Of a stretch of 64,000 nucleotides of DNA, positions 42,480 to 57,229 are shown piece by piece. Numbering within the stretch: the stretch's first letter is position 1; every line of letters begins with the position of its first letter. Source of the DNA: Eledone cirrhosa. Its lineage: Eukaryota. The position numbers and the translations under genes were made by a program. The stretch lies in the NCBI GenBank assembly GCA_964016885.1, contig OZ024742.1:172236001-172300000 (forward strand), read 5' to 3'. Below the pieces are notes generated by a model that was not told where the DNA came from, did no database searches, and saw only the letters and a list, made by a program, of their open reading frames with translations.

Positions 42480-44071
42480 GTGGAACATTTCTCCACGACG
42501 ACGACAACGACGAAAAATGTGTGCGGTAAATACGGGAAGCCATTTCATTCGTATGACGTCATGAAGAATAGCAGCAGCAGCAGCCGTAACCGTAATAACA
42601 GCAGCAGAAGCAACAGTGACAAGGAAAACACTAGTAGCAGCCGCAACAACATCAGCAGCAGCATAAACAACAACACAGCAGCAGCAATAGCAACAACAAC
42701 AGCAGCAGCAGCAACAACAACAACAACCACAGCGACAGCGGCGGCGGCGGTCGTAGTTCCAGCAGCAACAACAAAAGTAACAGCAGCTCTGACGACAACA
42801 ACAACAGGACAAAAAAGAAAAACATATCTCGTTTGCAGGTATCGCAAAGAACCTGGAAACCATCCTTATAACAAATGAGGAATTACAGGAAGCAAAGAAG
42901 ATAGTGACGAAAACTGGACACTGAGCAATCTGCAAGGCAGCCGAACAATTTTTCGAAACCCAACAGCAGTGTACGGTCACGTACCGTACATTAAGCACAA
43001 CATCATGTAGGGTTGAAAGAGCCACAGAGGCTCATATACAAAAAGCTTTAGGGTCCGTGTGGCAGCGGAAAACGCATATCACCCGAGGCAAGAAATATGC
43101 CACCGTGGACGTGCTTTTTGCCACACCCCAAGAGGCAAAGGCTCAATGCTTAGTGACCCTAAGGAGCGAGGAAATGGTGTTGGTGCCCTCCTACTGCGGG
43201 CAAATAATTGTGAGGGTCAAAATGACCCACGTCCCCCCCCCCCCCCGGGATCGCCCCTTCTTGGCTGGCCGCGTCTGTCCTCGTCGGAATCGAAGATAAA
43301 ACAACTGAAATGCAAGTATAGAAAAAAGTAAGAGAAGATTGGGTCGGCTCCTCCATTGAGATGTTAATTCAAACCAACCAGGAGTGCATCGAAGCTATCC
43401 CGGATGTGATCAACTTCGATAACGGCACTCAACTGCCCATAAGTGTTGAGGGCAAACGCCCGAAATGCTTTTGCTGTGGGTTGAAGACTCACATTAAAGC
43501 CTTCTGCAATAAGAAGACCCCTAGAAAGGAGAACACTCCCCTCCTTCCGAAACCGGCTCCACTGCTACCACCAACACGACAGGCGGCAAGCAGGAAGGAT
43601 AGGTCCGTGGCACCCATACCCACGCCACGGAAATCAACAACAGCAGCAGCAGTGGAAGTATTAACAACAAAAAGAGTAATACCAACTACAGCTGCAACAG
43701 AGACTCCACTGCAACCATCACCAACAAGAACTAGTGAAAGTGTGGAGCTGGCAACCCTCCCCGACCTCACAGAATCGGACATGGAGTGTGAGGTAGGAGA
43801 GGGATGGCAAAAGGTCGCAAGAAGGCACAAACGCAGAAGCAGCGCATCGTCGCCTTCGAAAAGGGAGGAAAGAAATGAAAAAAGGGTAAAGGATACTGCA
43901 AAGAGACTTACAGCAGCAACACCAACAACACCATCACCACACACACTAGTACCACCATCACCACCGGCGACAAGCCCACCGCCAACAACAACGACACCTT
44001 CCACACCACCACCACAAACACCAACATCGCAAACACAACAACAAACACACACACCCAGCAATAACGACTAG
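42480..44071 (+). pseudogene. Tx1-like ORF1 (CCHC zinc knuckle, Pro/Thr-rich)
   Basis: VEGKRPKCFCCGLKTHIKAFC; GWQKV motif; frameshifts. Confidence 0.75.
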
Positions 44072-44483
44072 AAAATAGCAGAACCACACCCCACCCCCGA
44101 AAAAACAAATACACGGCAATAAACACAGACAACAAGAAACTAATGACTTACTTAATTGAACACGCAGACATTTCACAGCATGACTACATAATACCAGCAC
44201 CAATCAAAACTCCAACGAACATAAGACTGGTAAGAATAGCACAGAAACAACACAAATATTAAAACGAAATTCCCCAACGCAGTTGGTGATTTCAGAGACC
44301 TATGAGGGACACTGAACCGGAGCGTATATTCGGATATACTCACAGAAGAGCCGACGACCAGCCGAAGGGACGAATCAACGGTCCCTTCACCAGACGATCA
44401 AGTGAAAAGGGATGGGGAAACCATCCTTCCTCTATGAGAAGTAAGGTAAGTGGTCTTTCCCATCTTTTTCACTCCATTTCAAC

Positions 44484-47400
44484 ATGACCTCAATCAGAAT
44501 AGGCAGCATAAATGCGCGTGGCTTGGGGTCGTCATGGAAGCAGGACAATCTGCTCAACGACCTCAGGTTACTAAACACAGATGTAGTGGCAATCAGCCAA
44601 GCTAGAATCTCCGAAACACGGGCCTTCGCACCGATCTTCGGCGGCTACGATGTGTAAGCATCTCCCAGCCGTCCTGGGTCGGGGCAGGAGGAGTTGCTGT
44701 GCCTTTTCAGAGAGGTTTGGATCTCGCCATACGGGCCATCTTCCTGGACCCAGAATGTAAGTTGGTGGTGCTGTACGTGACCAGCGGAGACGGGCAAGCT
44801 TTCAGGCTAGTGGCCGTCTATGCCCCGACAGGAGCAGGGCGGCCTGATTTCTTCCGGCGTCTGGAGAGCTTTCTATATCTTTAGTGTTAGTGGGGGACTG
44901 GAACGGGATTTTAGATGCACGCTGGGACTGTGTGGGATTAGCGGATAGGGGAGGAGGGTGCAAGAGACTCACCAACCTGCTCAGGCGTTCTGAACTGTCT
45001 GAGAGGTACCGATTGGATTTCCCGAATGTGCCAATGTGGACTTGGAAAAACCGTATCGGGTCATCCAGATCATATCTAGATAGAATATTTTGTAAGGAAA
45101 TAGGTAGATCTAGCATAGGCTGTCCACAATTCAAGATAGTCAGCTACACGGACCAACATTTCGTGATCTGTGTGCTTGACTTAGATAGGCCTCATAGACG
45201 AGGACCTGGCTACTGAAAGCTAAACGCGTCCTTACCAGCGCGCAAGGCCTACAGAGACCGGATTAGCAAACGAGTTAAACGAGCGTTGACGTGCGCCATC
45301 GTCAACAACAAGTGGTTGTTTGCCCTGAAAAGAGCGATTAGAATAGAGTCGATTAGGTTTACTAAGGCATTAGCTATAGAGAAAAATAGAGCAGAGGGAG
45401 AACTAGTTAGAAAATTAGACGAGGCGCTTAGCAAAGGCATCGTGTCCGACGTACTGACGGCAAAATTACCCTTGACCAATTTTTCAATGCAAAGCACGAG
45501 GGCTGCGTTGTCAGAGCTAGGGTGCATGCTCTCAGGCACGAGGGGTCGAAAGCAGTTCAATGGGGCCCAGTGCCGGAGCGCGTCGTGGAAACAAACCACG
45601 ATCCAGTTTGGTGGACCATGACGAGCGCATGCATCTCGATCCCGGGCAAATGTGTGAAGCTTTTCAGCGACACTTCGCTCAGCTGTTCGGGGGCAGCGGC
45701 GAGCCGGATCGAGGGATGGACTTTAGTGTTTACCTCGATGGACTGTCGCGGCTCTCGGCCACTGAGGCGGAGTGTTGCGAAAAGCCGATAACAGGCGCTA
45801 ACGTACGGGAGGCAATGGCTGTCTGCACAAGGGTTAAATCGCCACGTTTTTTATGGTCTGCCCTATGAACTTTACGTACAGATGCCAGACTTGTACGGAG
45901 GCCTCTTGGCGGACGTCTACTGCAACTGGTAACAGAACGGGAGAATTCCCAGCTCTGTGAGAAAGGATCCGAACAAGGGGGATAACATAGATAATTTTAG
46001 GCCCATAACTCTGCTAAACACAGAGTTCAAGATTTTGGCCAATGTGCTAGCAAAGAGGTTGGCGCTTGTCGTTGGTGGTCTGGTGGGAGAGGCGCAGACA
46101 TTCGCCATTGCCGACAGATCCATCCACGATAACCTTCACCTCATGCGATACATCGTAGAGAGGGTAGCTAGGGCACGGGTGGGTCCTTGATCAATTTAGA
46201 TCAGTCGAAAGCTTTCGATAGGGTCGACCATCGTTACCTAGCGGCAGTCCTGAGGTCGGCTGGCTTTGGGCCTGTCTTCAAAGGCTGGATCGCTCCCATG
46301 CACAGCGACATCTGCTCTGTGGTTAGAGTGAACGGTCACCTTTCGGAACCGTTCAACATCATGCGCTCGGTCCGCCAAGGATGTCCCCTCTCGTCCCTCT
46401 TGTACGTAATGATGCTCGAGCCATTACTGCACAAACTGGAGACGTTGAGGGGGATCCCATATAAACTAGGATGCGGAAGTCCCGTGTCAGCATGTGCGGA
46501 CGATGTCACCGTAGTTGTGTCGAACGCCAGACATATCGAGGCGATCGGCACTACACTAAGAGAATACGAAGCGGTGACAGGAGCAATGATCAACCAGGAA
46601 AAGTAAGTGGGCCTGCAGCTCGGCACCTGGAGAGGCAGGTCCATGCCGTCCAACAGCGTCGTCGGCGCGCTGGACGTACGGACCAGTTCAATTGCTCGGG
46701 GTCTGGTCCGGTCCGGATCTCCAGACGGTGAAAAACTGGGACGAGGTGACGAGCAGGGTGGCTTCTCTCACCCAGAAACGGGCCGATAGGAAGCTATCCC
46801 TGAAATGTCGAGCGGAGGTGGCTAACGCGTATATCGCATCCGTCATCTACTACCGCCTGACCGTCGTACCTTGTCCTAAGCCCCGCCTGACTACGTTGGA
46901 GCGTTTGCTCTTTCGTTTTTGTGGAAGGGACTCGCTGCAATGGTCAGGCGGTCCATGTGCTGTCAACACCAGCTACGTGGTGGGCTGGGAATGCCGTGGC
47001 TGATGATGCGCAGACACGCGCTCAGGCTACGACATCTCCACCTCTTCCTCGACGGTGATCAGGTGTGGTCTCCGTTTGCTAGACGCGTCTTTCCCAGATC
47101 GTCTCCTTGATGGAGCTGCAGTCCTGGGTCAAGTGAAGACCGAGAGGGAGCGCTTGGAAACTGGAATGTCTTCAGGCGCTCACAGCCCTCGACCAATCGG
47201 GCAATGTGATCGGTGGAAACTCCACCTTGGCGTTCTATAGAGGATTAGTGGAGGGGAAGAGCGACGACGTACTTGGGAAAACTCTAGGCGTCGACGAAAA
47301 TCAACTAGCCAATCTCTTCGGAAGAACTTTCGGGCCGGGGCCTATGGACAACTTCCAGAAATCCCTGGCCTGTCACTCCTACCGAATGAGTTTTGCCAGT

Positions 47401-47828
47401 TCAGGATAAACTCTACAGGCATGGAGGTGCCGTCAGCCGGGCATGTCCGTTATGCGCGCAGGGCGATGAAACCGTCCTGCACGCACTCGTCTAGTGTCCA
47501 AGCATTGCTGACGTGTGGGTTTATGTCGAACACCTGCTGTCGCGTGTATGACGGATCCAGCTGTCAGCTGAGTCCATCGTGAGGATTTCCCCGCCCTCTT
47601 CCTTTAGCCGGGAAGGGCAGGCAGTTTTTATCTGTCTGGTGGCCATGGCGAAAGAGATAGTATGGTGGACACGTTTGAAATGCCCTGATTAACTTTTTCA
47701 AATTTCATTTAAAAAGGAAAATCTGGGTAGAAAGGGAAGTGCTCTCTTCCCAGCATTTTGTTGAAAGATGGGTGAGAGAGGCAAGAATGGCCCGAGTGAA
47801 TGGGCCTACTCTGAGTATGTGTCTGTAA
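44484..47828 (+). pseudogene. Tx1-like ORF2 (APE endonuclease + RT)
   Basis: IGSINARGL, VAVYAP, VGDWN, YLDRIF, GPGY*KLN, FRPITLLNTEFKI, LDQSKAFDRVDH, VRQGCPLS, ADD, CPLC...ETVLHAL. Confidence 0.92.
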
Positions 47829-48097
47829 ATTAAAGGTGGAACACTGGTAGAGGGTACTTGCCCTGATGGTCAGGGTCACTGTGGCTTTTTAATGGGCTTT
47901 CTTCACGAATGTCCCTCGGAAATCTCCCCCCTATTGGGGAATTTTTTCATTGTTCTATTATTACATCCTCTGTTTCTTGTTTTTTACACGCAGAAATGCC
48001 CATTTGTACCGTCCTGTATTGTCCTGTACTGTTCTTAATGTCTACCTTATGTAGACCCTTGTGGTTAATAAAGAAAGCATTATTATTATTATTATTC

Positions 48098-49030
48098 TTT
48101 GAATCTCAGCCATTGATGTTAGTTAACTGGAAAGTTTGTTGAAATGAATATCAAGCCACTACCGGCAGCCTCAGATATTCAGGACGTATCGGAGGGTTCT
48201 TGCTGTTCCCAGCAAGCATGCCTTTTGAAGCGTTCCAAAGAGCGTGAAGGGGCTAATTTTCTTTAACCATCCCTGGAAACTATTTGAGATAGTACCTAGT
48301 GCGCCTATGACAATCGGGACCACTTTGACTTCATGGCAGTTCCAAATCCTTTTTAACCTCCCATTTTAATTCCTGGTATCGGTTAATTTTCTCCCTCTCC
48401 TTCTCTTGCACTCTCGTGTCGAATGGGCAGGTCACATTCACAATCATGCACGATCTTTTTTCTTTGTCCAAAACCACCAGGTCAAGTCTATTGTGTTCCA
48501 GTTTCTTGTCCGTCTGTATCCTAAAATCCCACAGCACCTTTACTTGATCGTTTTCTATCACCGACTATGGCTTATGCTCATACCACTTCTCAGAATGTGG
48601 TAAATTGTTTACTTTGCATAGGTGCCAGTGGATCACCCTGCCCATCACATCATGTCTCCACCCCTTATAGTGAGTCTGGGCTAGGTGTTTACACTCGGAT
48701 ACAATGTGAGCCACAGTCTCCTCTCTCCACAGATCCTGTACAGTGGGCTAGCCTCCTCCTTGTAAACATGGTGTTTCAACAACTTCGTTTTGAGGGCCTG
48801 CTCTTGCGCAGCCATTAACATTCCTTCTGTAGCCTTTTTAAGGTCTCCTCTTTTCAACCAGTTCCATGTCTGTGGATCTCTGAATTCATTTTTCTCAAAG
48901 AAGGTACTATGAAGGGATTTTTCATGAAGGTTGCTCTTTTTCCTTGTTGTTATTTCCTCCTTGGACATCCCCTGGTCTATTGTCCTCTTCTTCAATACAG
49001 TTCTGAGCATTGGCTCCTTACTATCAGTCA
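48098..49030 (-). mobile_element. R4/Dong-like RLE non-LTR retrotransposon, 3' fragment
   Basis: TEGMLMAAQEQAL, CCHC remnant, VLWDFRIQTDKKLEHNRLDLVV, VIGALG, QKACLLGTA; ends at (TAA)n. Confidence 0.88.
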
Positions 49031-52000
49031 CATATTTGTGATGTCCAAATAAAATACAGCAGCAAACAAAAAGAGCATATTCTCAGATCACACCTATTAA
49101 ACTCTGATTCCTTTCCATTTCCATTTCTGATACTATTTGCCGGTCGCAACTGCTGGAATTCAACGACGTTCAGCTATTGCTTTACCGACTATGTAAGGGT
49201 AAAAGACCAGCTTGGACACGATATAAATCATATTCAGACCGTAGAGAGCCAAAGACAATATTGAAGCATCAAATCTGACTCTCTAACGTTTCTGCCAGTA
49301 CAAATTCCAAATATTCAAAAGTATTCCTAGGGGAGACAACCACGAAGACACACGGTCATTTATTTTTTCTTCCTTTTCGATGTGTCTGAGAAAGAATGTC
49401 AACTCCCATGACAATACTCAGGGCTTCCAGGAAGATGCAGAGTGACACAATGTGTGACAGTTCTGGCGCATTGAATTACAGTTGAGTCCACCCCATGGCC
49501 TGTCAAATAGTTTTTGTTTCCGACTTCAATCGCAGAATATTAAGGTTTAAGAAGGTCCTATATATATAACATAACCACAGTCTCAGTTGTGTGTATGTGT
49601 ACAGATTTGTGAGTTTAATGCATATCCACTTACATCATTTATACGCAAACAGAATCTCTGCGTTGTACAGTCTACTAAATATAGCCGTCAAAACAATCTC
49701 AAATTATACTCTAAAAAGGAAACATTAGAGTCTGCATTAAGCAATTTCTGGAAAAGCTTTAATAATGTTTATGATCTTAGTTTTATTGTTCATCCTCCGT
49801 CGGTTCCCACAACGAGTGTTCTATTTCTTTGAACAACAAAACAATCTGCTCGTCCAAATATTGTACAACTGACTCAGTATTCCAGAACCATATGAAACCT
49901 TTACGTAATTCTCAGGAAAAATCAGCATGACACTGTATGGGACTAAGCTGATCATTTGAAGTACATGGCTTTCCCAGTTGAGTAGACTGGAACAACATAA
50001 AATAAAAGCCATGCTCACGGAAACCACACTCGTCCTAGAATGGATCTCTGGAACTTGAAATCAGGAGCCGAACAGTTCTAACAAGCTAAGCCGTTAGTCT
50101 TCATGAACATCGATATGTTTGTCTAGAATAAGGCTAGGGAACGAAACAAGAGAGACACAAACATCAACCCTGAACTTGTTTATTCATCTCTATATTCGGC
50201 ACGTACCATAATTTATGGTGAGTTACCCTATTCGAGAAGAATACGTGAGTTACAATATTCGACAAGGTTCTGGAGTAACGCCAACACCGATTATTAATAA
50301 TGAATTACTATAATTCGTGGTGTTAACTGCACATATTTTTCGACTATGAGTTTCACTCCTTCACATTAGGTTTCAGCATGTTTTTACGGATATATTATCA
50401 TTTGAAAGTTTTACTATGCATTTCTGTTTATCGCTTCATATTGTCCCACAAGCAATTTCCGAGCAGCTTGTTTTTCTCTAGACCTTTGACCTACAGGAAA
50501 TAACGAAGGGATCTCCCTCTAGTTGTTCGAAATTACAGCAATCTTTTCCCTGTGTTAGTTAATATGGATGATAGAGGCTCTTCTTCTTTCCTTTTCTGTA
50601 TTTCTGATGTGTATTTTCCACCATATATCTTCATGACAAGTTGGATACTTTGCTACTGTTGAAATAATTGTGAGGGTTAAGTGAGATTGTAGAAATTATA
50701 CTGGACTTGAATCATCTACAATACTGTATGTATATATATATCATATTCGTGAAAAGAACCCCACTCTGAAAACGGTATGTAACTCAACGGAATCTTGCCG
50801 TTCTTCAAACGACGTTGACTCGTTAATATTTCGGTTCAATAATATTTGCTTCAAGACATATCACATGAACTTGCTAACTACTAATATTGCATAAAGTGTA
50901 ACAAAAAAAGTTGAAATAATTTCGTTTAGTTATGATAAAAGGTTGTTGAATGCCGGCTAAGTCTCTTTCTAAGAAGAATATTAACATATATGAATGGATG
51001 GAGGATGGGACGTTAAATGTAACAACAAAACAGTAAATGAATGCCTTTAAATAAAGATATCAATAGTATTATTCCCCAAAGCATGAAGTATAAATGCAAA
51101 ACATAGACCACAACTAGAAATATTATTTGGTTTTACATGTCATGTCAGAGGGAGATTGCGGCAATACTGGGGCAATTTCTTAATTAGATATGAACTGAAT
51201 GGCCCTTTCCAGACATCTGTTATGCTTTTCCTAATATGTTCTCCTAACATCATTATTTTGCCGTGCTTGTGTATGTGGCTGAATATGCTCGCGTATATAT
51301 ATGTACATATATGGTGAATAAACACGCAGTGTGAGTGTGTGAGAGATATTCTTTTATATTTCTCATCCTGCTGTGTCTCTGTCCTTGTCATACTTGATGC
51401 CATCATCTGCTTAGTCAATGCAATCTTTCCAGTATATAAGGTTTTGTTCATATAGCAGAGATGTTTTCTGCTGGAGGGATATAGCCAAGCACAACCTTTT
51501 ACAAAGAAATCAATCAACTTTCAATTGAATATGTGGTTATGTAATAGTGTGATTCATGATACGCAGACGCAGAATAGCTGTATGGTTAAGAAGTTCTCTT
51601 CGCCATCATAAGCTCCCAATTTGATTTTGCCGAATGGCATATTGCGCGAGTATCATCTATCATAGAAGTGAATTGACTGAAGCCATGAAAATGAAATTGC
51701 GTGGTCGAGTAACGCTCCAGAGCCCGCGAATAGACTATACCGGTAATTGAAAGAGCCAGTTTCGTTACACATACGCTGAACGCCCCTGGCGCTTACGTTA
51801 ATGCCATACTTTTCTATAGAGTGCTGAGGCACATCATTATGCAGGAGAGACGGTACTTGTAATTGTACTAGCCAGTCTTTTCAAATACTAAGTGACACTG
51901 AAAACGCCATAAGAATTACATTGTTTGTGTGTTTCTGGAATCCCACGCCATTGCCTTATAAAGGTCACTAACAGTCTGCTCCATTGATAGAACCACTGGA

Positions 52001-52039
52001 TCAAATTTGATAAAATTATTAATGTAAAATCATGAAATT

Positions 52040-52240
52040 ACGACGAGGGTGTTCATCACTCACCCATACATGCCTGTGATTATTGGGGCACTGGTATATG
52101 TTAGTAACTGCCTAAATACAAATCTTGAGAAGCTGGGCTTCACAGAAACAGAAAGAACACAACTAGTTAAGAAATTGCAAGTACAATCCATTAATGGAAC
52201 AGTAAAAATATGTAAACTATTTCAAACATTTTGCATCTAA
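52040..52240 (+). pseudogene. RLE-type non-LTR element C-terminal fragment
   Basis: MPVIIGAL...LEKLGF...LQVQSINGTVKICKLF. Confidence 0.7.
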
Positions 52241-53741
52241 TAACTACACATGTACATATACAAAGCGTATGCACATGCATACATACAACTCAAAACGTAC
52301 ACATCCCCACATACAATAACATCCATACACATGAATGCATGCATGCAGACCTGCATACATATCTACTTAGTTGATATTGTGTAAATTCCAATGAGAGTGT
52401 CTTGTAACTATGTTAGAAACCGACTCTCTCTCTACTGGTAAAAATTTGTGAAATTATATAACATACATATTCACATACATACATAATGGCTTCCCCCTCG
52501 TTATCGAGTATGACCATTGCACGTTATACCATTATTAATAATTATTAATTAATTCTATCGTCAATGCCCGTGTGTGAAGCTATTTTTTAAAGTGACGAAA
52601 TACTGTGCACTGAGCCAATTCCGCTCACTGAGCAACAGTAGCTATAACCCGAAAAGAAGAAAAGATCAACATCATCGGTAACTACTGAGCCACAGATTTT
52701 ATATCGGAGTTATCCCAGTTTCCTGAGTTGCCTTCTCATAGAATGCACTGACAAAGGCTAGGGGTACTTCACTCCCAGTGGTTTAACTGCGCGATGGGGT
52801 GTCCAGCACGACTTGTTCTTTGTCCACGCGCATACATACATACATACATACATGCATATATTGTCTGTGTTAAGGTGTGTATGATATGTGTCCCTCTTTA
52901 TTAATTCGACAAAATGAACCCTATAAAATAAGACTTGGAATGGAACTGATCAACTAAATTTTCGAGACGATGCCCCAGTTTAATGACTGAAACAAACAAT
53001 AGAAAAAATAAAAGAAGAAACATAATGTTCATAGGGTGAGAGAAAATAATAATTTCTACAAGGGTAAGTAAGATGAAACGAGAAGCAAATAATGTGTTCC
53101 AATAATATTAAAGAACATGCTGTAATCGCTTTCTTTTCGCTACGAAATATATAAGAATATGAGGAAGGGTATTAAAGAAAACTAGCTCCACGAATCAAAG
53201 ATAGCATTTAATAATGTTATTGTATTGTACACGAGTGATATGGTTTAATATTGCAGAAGAATTGATTGTAACAGAATATCTTTTCTTATGAAACGTCCAA
53301 CTTGTCTCAACAACATTCCTATTGCTTTGTGTATGTTAGAAAGAAAGTTATTAGCAATCAGCATGGTATCAATATAATGATTTCTCACACAGACATATTG
53401 ATCTCTCCCTCTCCTTCTCCTTCACTTTAAAGAGTGAGAGAGTGAGAGGAAGCGAGTTAGTTCTACAACAATTTAGCAAACCATACATGGGGACGCACGT
53501 TACACCAAGTGGATTTTCAACACGTGCTCACCGCAGCTATACACGGGTTGAAAGTCAGCTCGGTGAAACGCTAGTCCTCGAGAATGGTGTGCTAATTTGT
53601 TGTGGAAATAACTCCATACCAAACTCGTCCTCTGGACTGAGTGCTCTAATTACTACGGATATAACCGCCCGGTTCTTTAAGGGTCAAAGCAGCGATTCTT
53701 TGCATAAACTTTAATCTGTTATTTTAATGTGTGTATATATA

Positions 53742-53797
<56 letters not shown>

Positions 53798-54418
53798 CAC
53801 ACAATTATATATGCATTTGAGGTGTGTGTGTGTGTGTGTGGGGGGTTCGCACGCATGACTCTATGGCCATGGTATCCTCTTCGAAACCACCTGGTTCGGG
53901 GTTTCGGCCGACTGCCCGTCATCTAGCACAAGTATCTTCTACTTTGGCATTGGATTGTAACTGAAATTTCTAGGGGGAATCTCTATACTAATATTTACTA
54001 AAATGTATTAAGACACACGTATTCACTAGTTAGTTGCTGGTTGAAGGTTTAAGAAGTTAATTTTATAGTGATATGATCCTGTGTTCGATCTCAATGCTGT
54101 AAATCTATGGAATATGTCATTTACCATAAATACGGATCTATCTAAGCCTTGTGAGGAAACGTTGGTAGACGGAAAGCCATCGAATGGAATAAACCTGTAA
54201 TAGCAATGGCTAACTTAGCATTTTACGTTGAATCTTACTGAATATTACGTTGCAAGGACTTGTCTACAGAATAATGAGCGACTTGCATTTAAATATCACG
54301 AACAAGCAGATCCATTTCACGAAAAGCAAAATAGTCAGCGTCGTAGCGTCGAAACTCCATCCAGTTGAGCGAGAGAAACAAATTTACAGTTTACAAATAA
54401 ATGGAATTATATATATTT

Positions 54419-55070
54419 ATGAATGGAAAAGAATGAAACGAAATTTCATTTCTCACTCTTAGTACGGCTGATACGGCGTAATTCGGGCTGTTTGTTTACA
54501 AACAAACCGAACATTATAATAAATCTTCGGTAAAGCCATACGTACATATATATATATATGTGCATGTATGTATATATATATACATACTACTGTGCGTCTG
54601 TACACATAAATATATGTACGTATACATACTTATATTTAGGTATGAGCCGTACTAAGAGTGAGAAATGAAATTTCGTTTCATTCTTTTCCATTTATCGTTT
54701 TCGATATGACCGGCCGACTAGCTCACTCGATATGCAAATTAGGCTGCTCAGCCGTTAATATGCATAAGGAAAGTATATATTTCAGACGTTCAATCATCTG
54801 GCAAAAAGGAATATGATGCTGACGATAGCTAATAAGCTTGAAACCAGTATATCGTTCCTGTGTCAGTGTTGAACAAAAGGGCGACGATGGTTGCCGAGCA
54901 TTGTACGGCGTAATTCGGGCTGTTTGTTTACAAACAAACCGAACATTATAATAAATGTTCGATAAACCCATACTTACATATATATATGTGTGCATGTATG
55001 TATATATACATACTACTGTGCGTCTGTACACATATATGTATGTACGTATACATACTTATATATATATTTA
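54419..55070 (+). mobile_element. Non-coding retrozyme-like/PLE non-autonomous unit (432-bp period, inverted 5' piece, HHR)
   Basis: 54419-54469 is inverted relative to 54646-54694; 54472-54635 is a direct repeat of 54904-55070; HHR at 54808. Confidence 0.85.
54808..54858 (+). ncRNA. Minimal type-I HHR
   Basis: ggaat atgatg-CTGACGA-t agc taataa gct t-GAAA-CCAG-TA-tatcgt tcc; GUA cleavage triplet. Confidence 0.8.
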
Positions 55071-55178
<108 letters not shown>

Positions 55179-57151
55179 TGTATGTGTGTGTGTGTGTGCG
55201 GGCAAGTTTGTGTAATCATATAAAATGCACCAGAGACATTGGCGGGGAATGACACCAATTCATATTATAACATTAGAGATTCACATATCTAAACACATAC
55301 CTATGTTTCGAAGGTTTCGACTGCTATAGACTGTTCAGATTTTATGAAAATTAAGTGAAGTTACATTCTAGTTGTTACGTCAAATTGGAGGAACTTAAAT
55401 AATACATGAAGGAACGTATTAGATATGGGAGAGGTGGACGGCTGAAATGAAGAAGAACCAAGTAGTGCTAAACTAAGGAATATGCAGAATGTGTTCGTGA
55501 GTGGGGATGGGCTGTACGTGTATGTGCGCGCGCGTATGTTCGTGCATTGTAACTGGTAATAAACGTAGCAGTTGTGCTATTTGAAAATTCAAATCCCTGC
55601 TAATTTAAGATTCATAAAATCACCTTGTTGTTAAGTACGGTATATTTCTGTATATTTGCTTTTGAGGTGAATATTGATTTTTCAATGTCATAAAGTTATT
55701 TTAGTATTACAAGAATGGGTAAGGTTTCTAACTTATATTGAGATATTTATAGTAGGAAAATAATTTATTCCAATGTTTAAGCTGTAAGAATATGCCAATT
55801 ACTTTTAAGACCTTAGAAAGGATCGTTAATGATATTATTAATGGGAAGTGTTATCCAATAACATGAAGAAATTATGCAGTGACCACTGAATAATATCTGA
55901 GGTTAACTGGATGAAAGCTAAGTCTGGAGATAGAATAAACTATAATAATTCTTGGAATAACATTTTACGATCACGATGAATATAAAGCATCTGACTGAGG
56001 TTGAAGGCATTATTGAAATTGTGAATTTTTATGAAATAGGATAATATGGTAGGAGCTCCGCAAGATAGGGTGGCAGTTGTATCGAGTGTCGCAAACATTG
56101 TCCGCGGAAATGCCTTTGCAGATTTGTCCGCGGGGCGCTGTCGTAACAGCGTACTGACCTAGGGGTAGAGTCTGTCACCCCTCCCCTTTCCCCCTCTCTC
56201 TCTTTCTTCTGTTGCCTAATAGTCCTTGCTTTTTCCTTATATTCGTGCTCTTTCCGTCCTTGTCATCTCATTTATGGCATTTATAAACTTCTTTAATTTC
56301 CAACACAGCCAAATTTGCCCTTATTTAACACTTCCCCATTTTATTTCGTTAATTTTGTTTGAATATTTCCATCATTGTATAACTTCTGTTTGAAAATATA
56401 GTTAACATAAACTATTAATTATCGACTCTTTAAAACATAAATCCGTTACGATAACATTGTGTTGTAGATATACAGGCCCCCCAAAAATAACCAGTTTCCA
56501 GAGATCCGGAAAATCCAGAAAATCGACTTTATTCTGAAGTTACAGGCTTCGTATTTGGTGCTTTAGTACCCAGTAGTCCGTTTTCTTTCTGATACTCTAT
56601 GTTTCGCACTCACCCGCCGATTTTATTTTAAGAATTTTCAAAGGATGATTAAATATTAAATAGATATTATTTTAGAGTAATATGTAGTAATTTCATTTGT
56701 AAAATACAGTTTCGTTCTCTACTTTTCATTGTTCCTTTACATAATTTAAAGTATATATGTGTTTATATATATATACAGTTCCGGTGATGGGGACAAACTT
56801 CGAAATCAAACTTGCCGGAAAAATGGGTCGGAATGATGTTTTCTTTGTTGTTTCGTCGGAATATCAAGAGAAATGCTCATGACGATGTCTGCTAAGGAGG
56901 AGGGTTTAACCGAAATGGACATTTGGTTTGGATGAATAAAACAATGTGAATTCTGCTACGTTCATAGGAGGGCTATGCGGGGAAGTTGAACACGTGAGTT
57001 GAAAAGCTAATCAATGTAGTCAATGATGACATTTCATCTCAGAAAAATTATGTCTATAAGTACTAATCACAAACGATCTCATCCGGCGTCTGCTAGCGTG
57101 GAATGCTACTTTATATTAGCTAGCAGCATAACTAGACATATTATATACAGA

Positions 57152-57220
<69 letters not shown>

Positions 57221-57229
57221 TATAAATAT

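Larger units (their letters stand above)
42083..48078 (+). mobile_element. Near full-length Tx1-like (L1 group) LINE, decayed
   Basis: ORF1 with CFCCGLKTHIKAFC knuckle; ORF2 with APE, RT and a C-terminal Cys motif; AATAAA near 48066; (ATT)n on both sides. Confidence 0.9.

Noticed and set aside
50400-51517. Minus-strand coding-like stretches, including a 125-aa ORF
   Set aside because: No recognisable domain, in-frame stops and no clear splice structure; probably an old TE remnant.
53030-53070. Possible micro-exon (ttcatag...GG/GTAAGT)
   Set aside because: Weak acceptor with no supporting frame or neighbouring exons; cannot be supported without RNA-seq.
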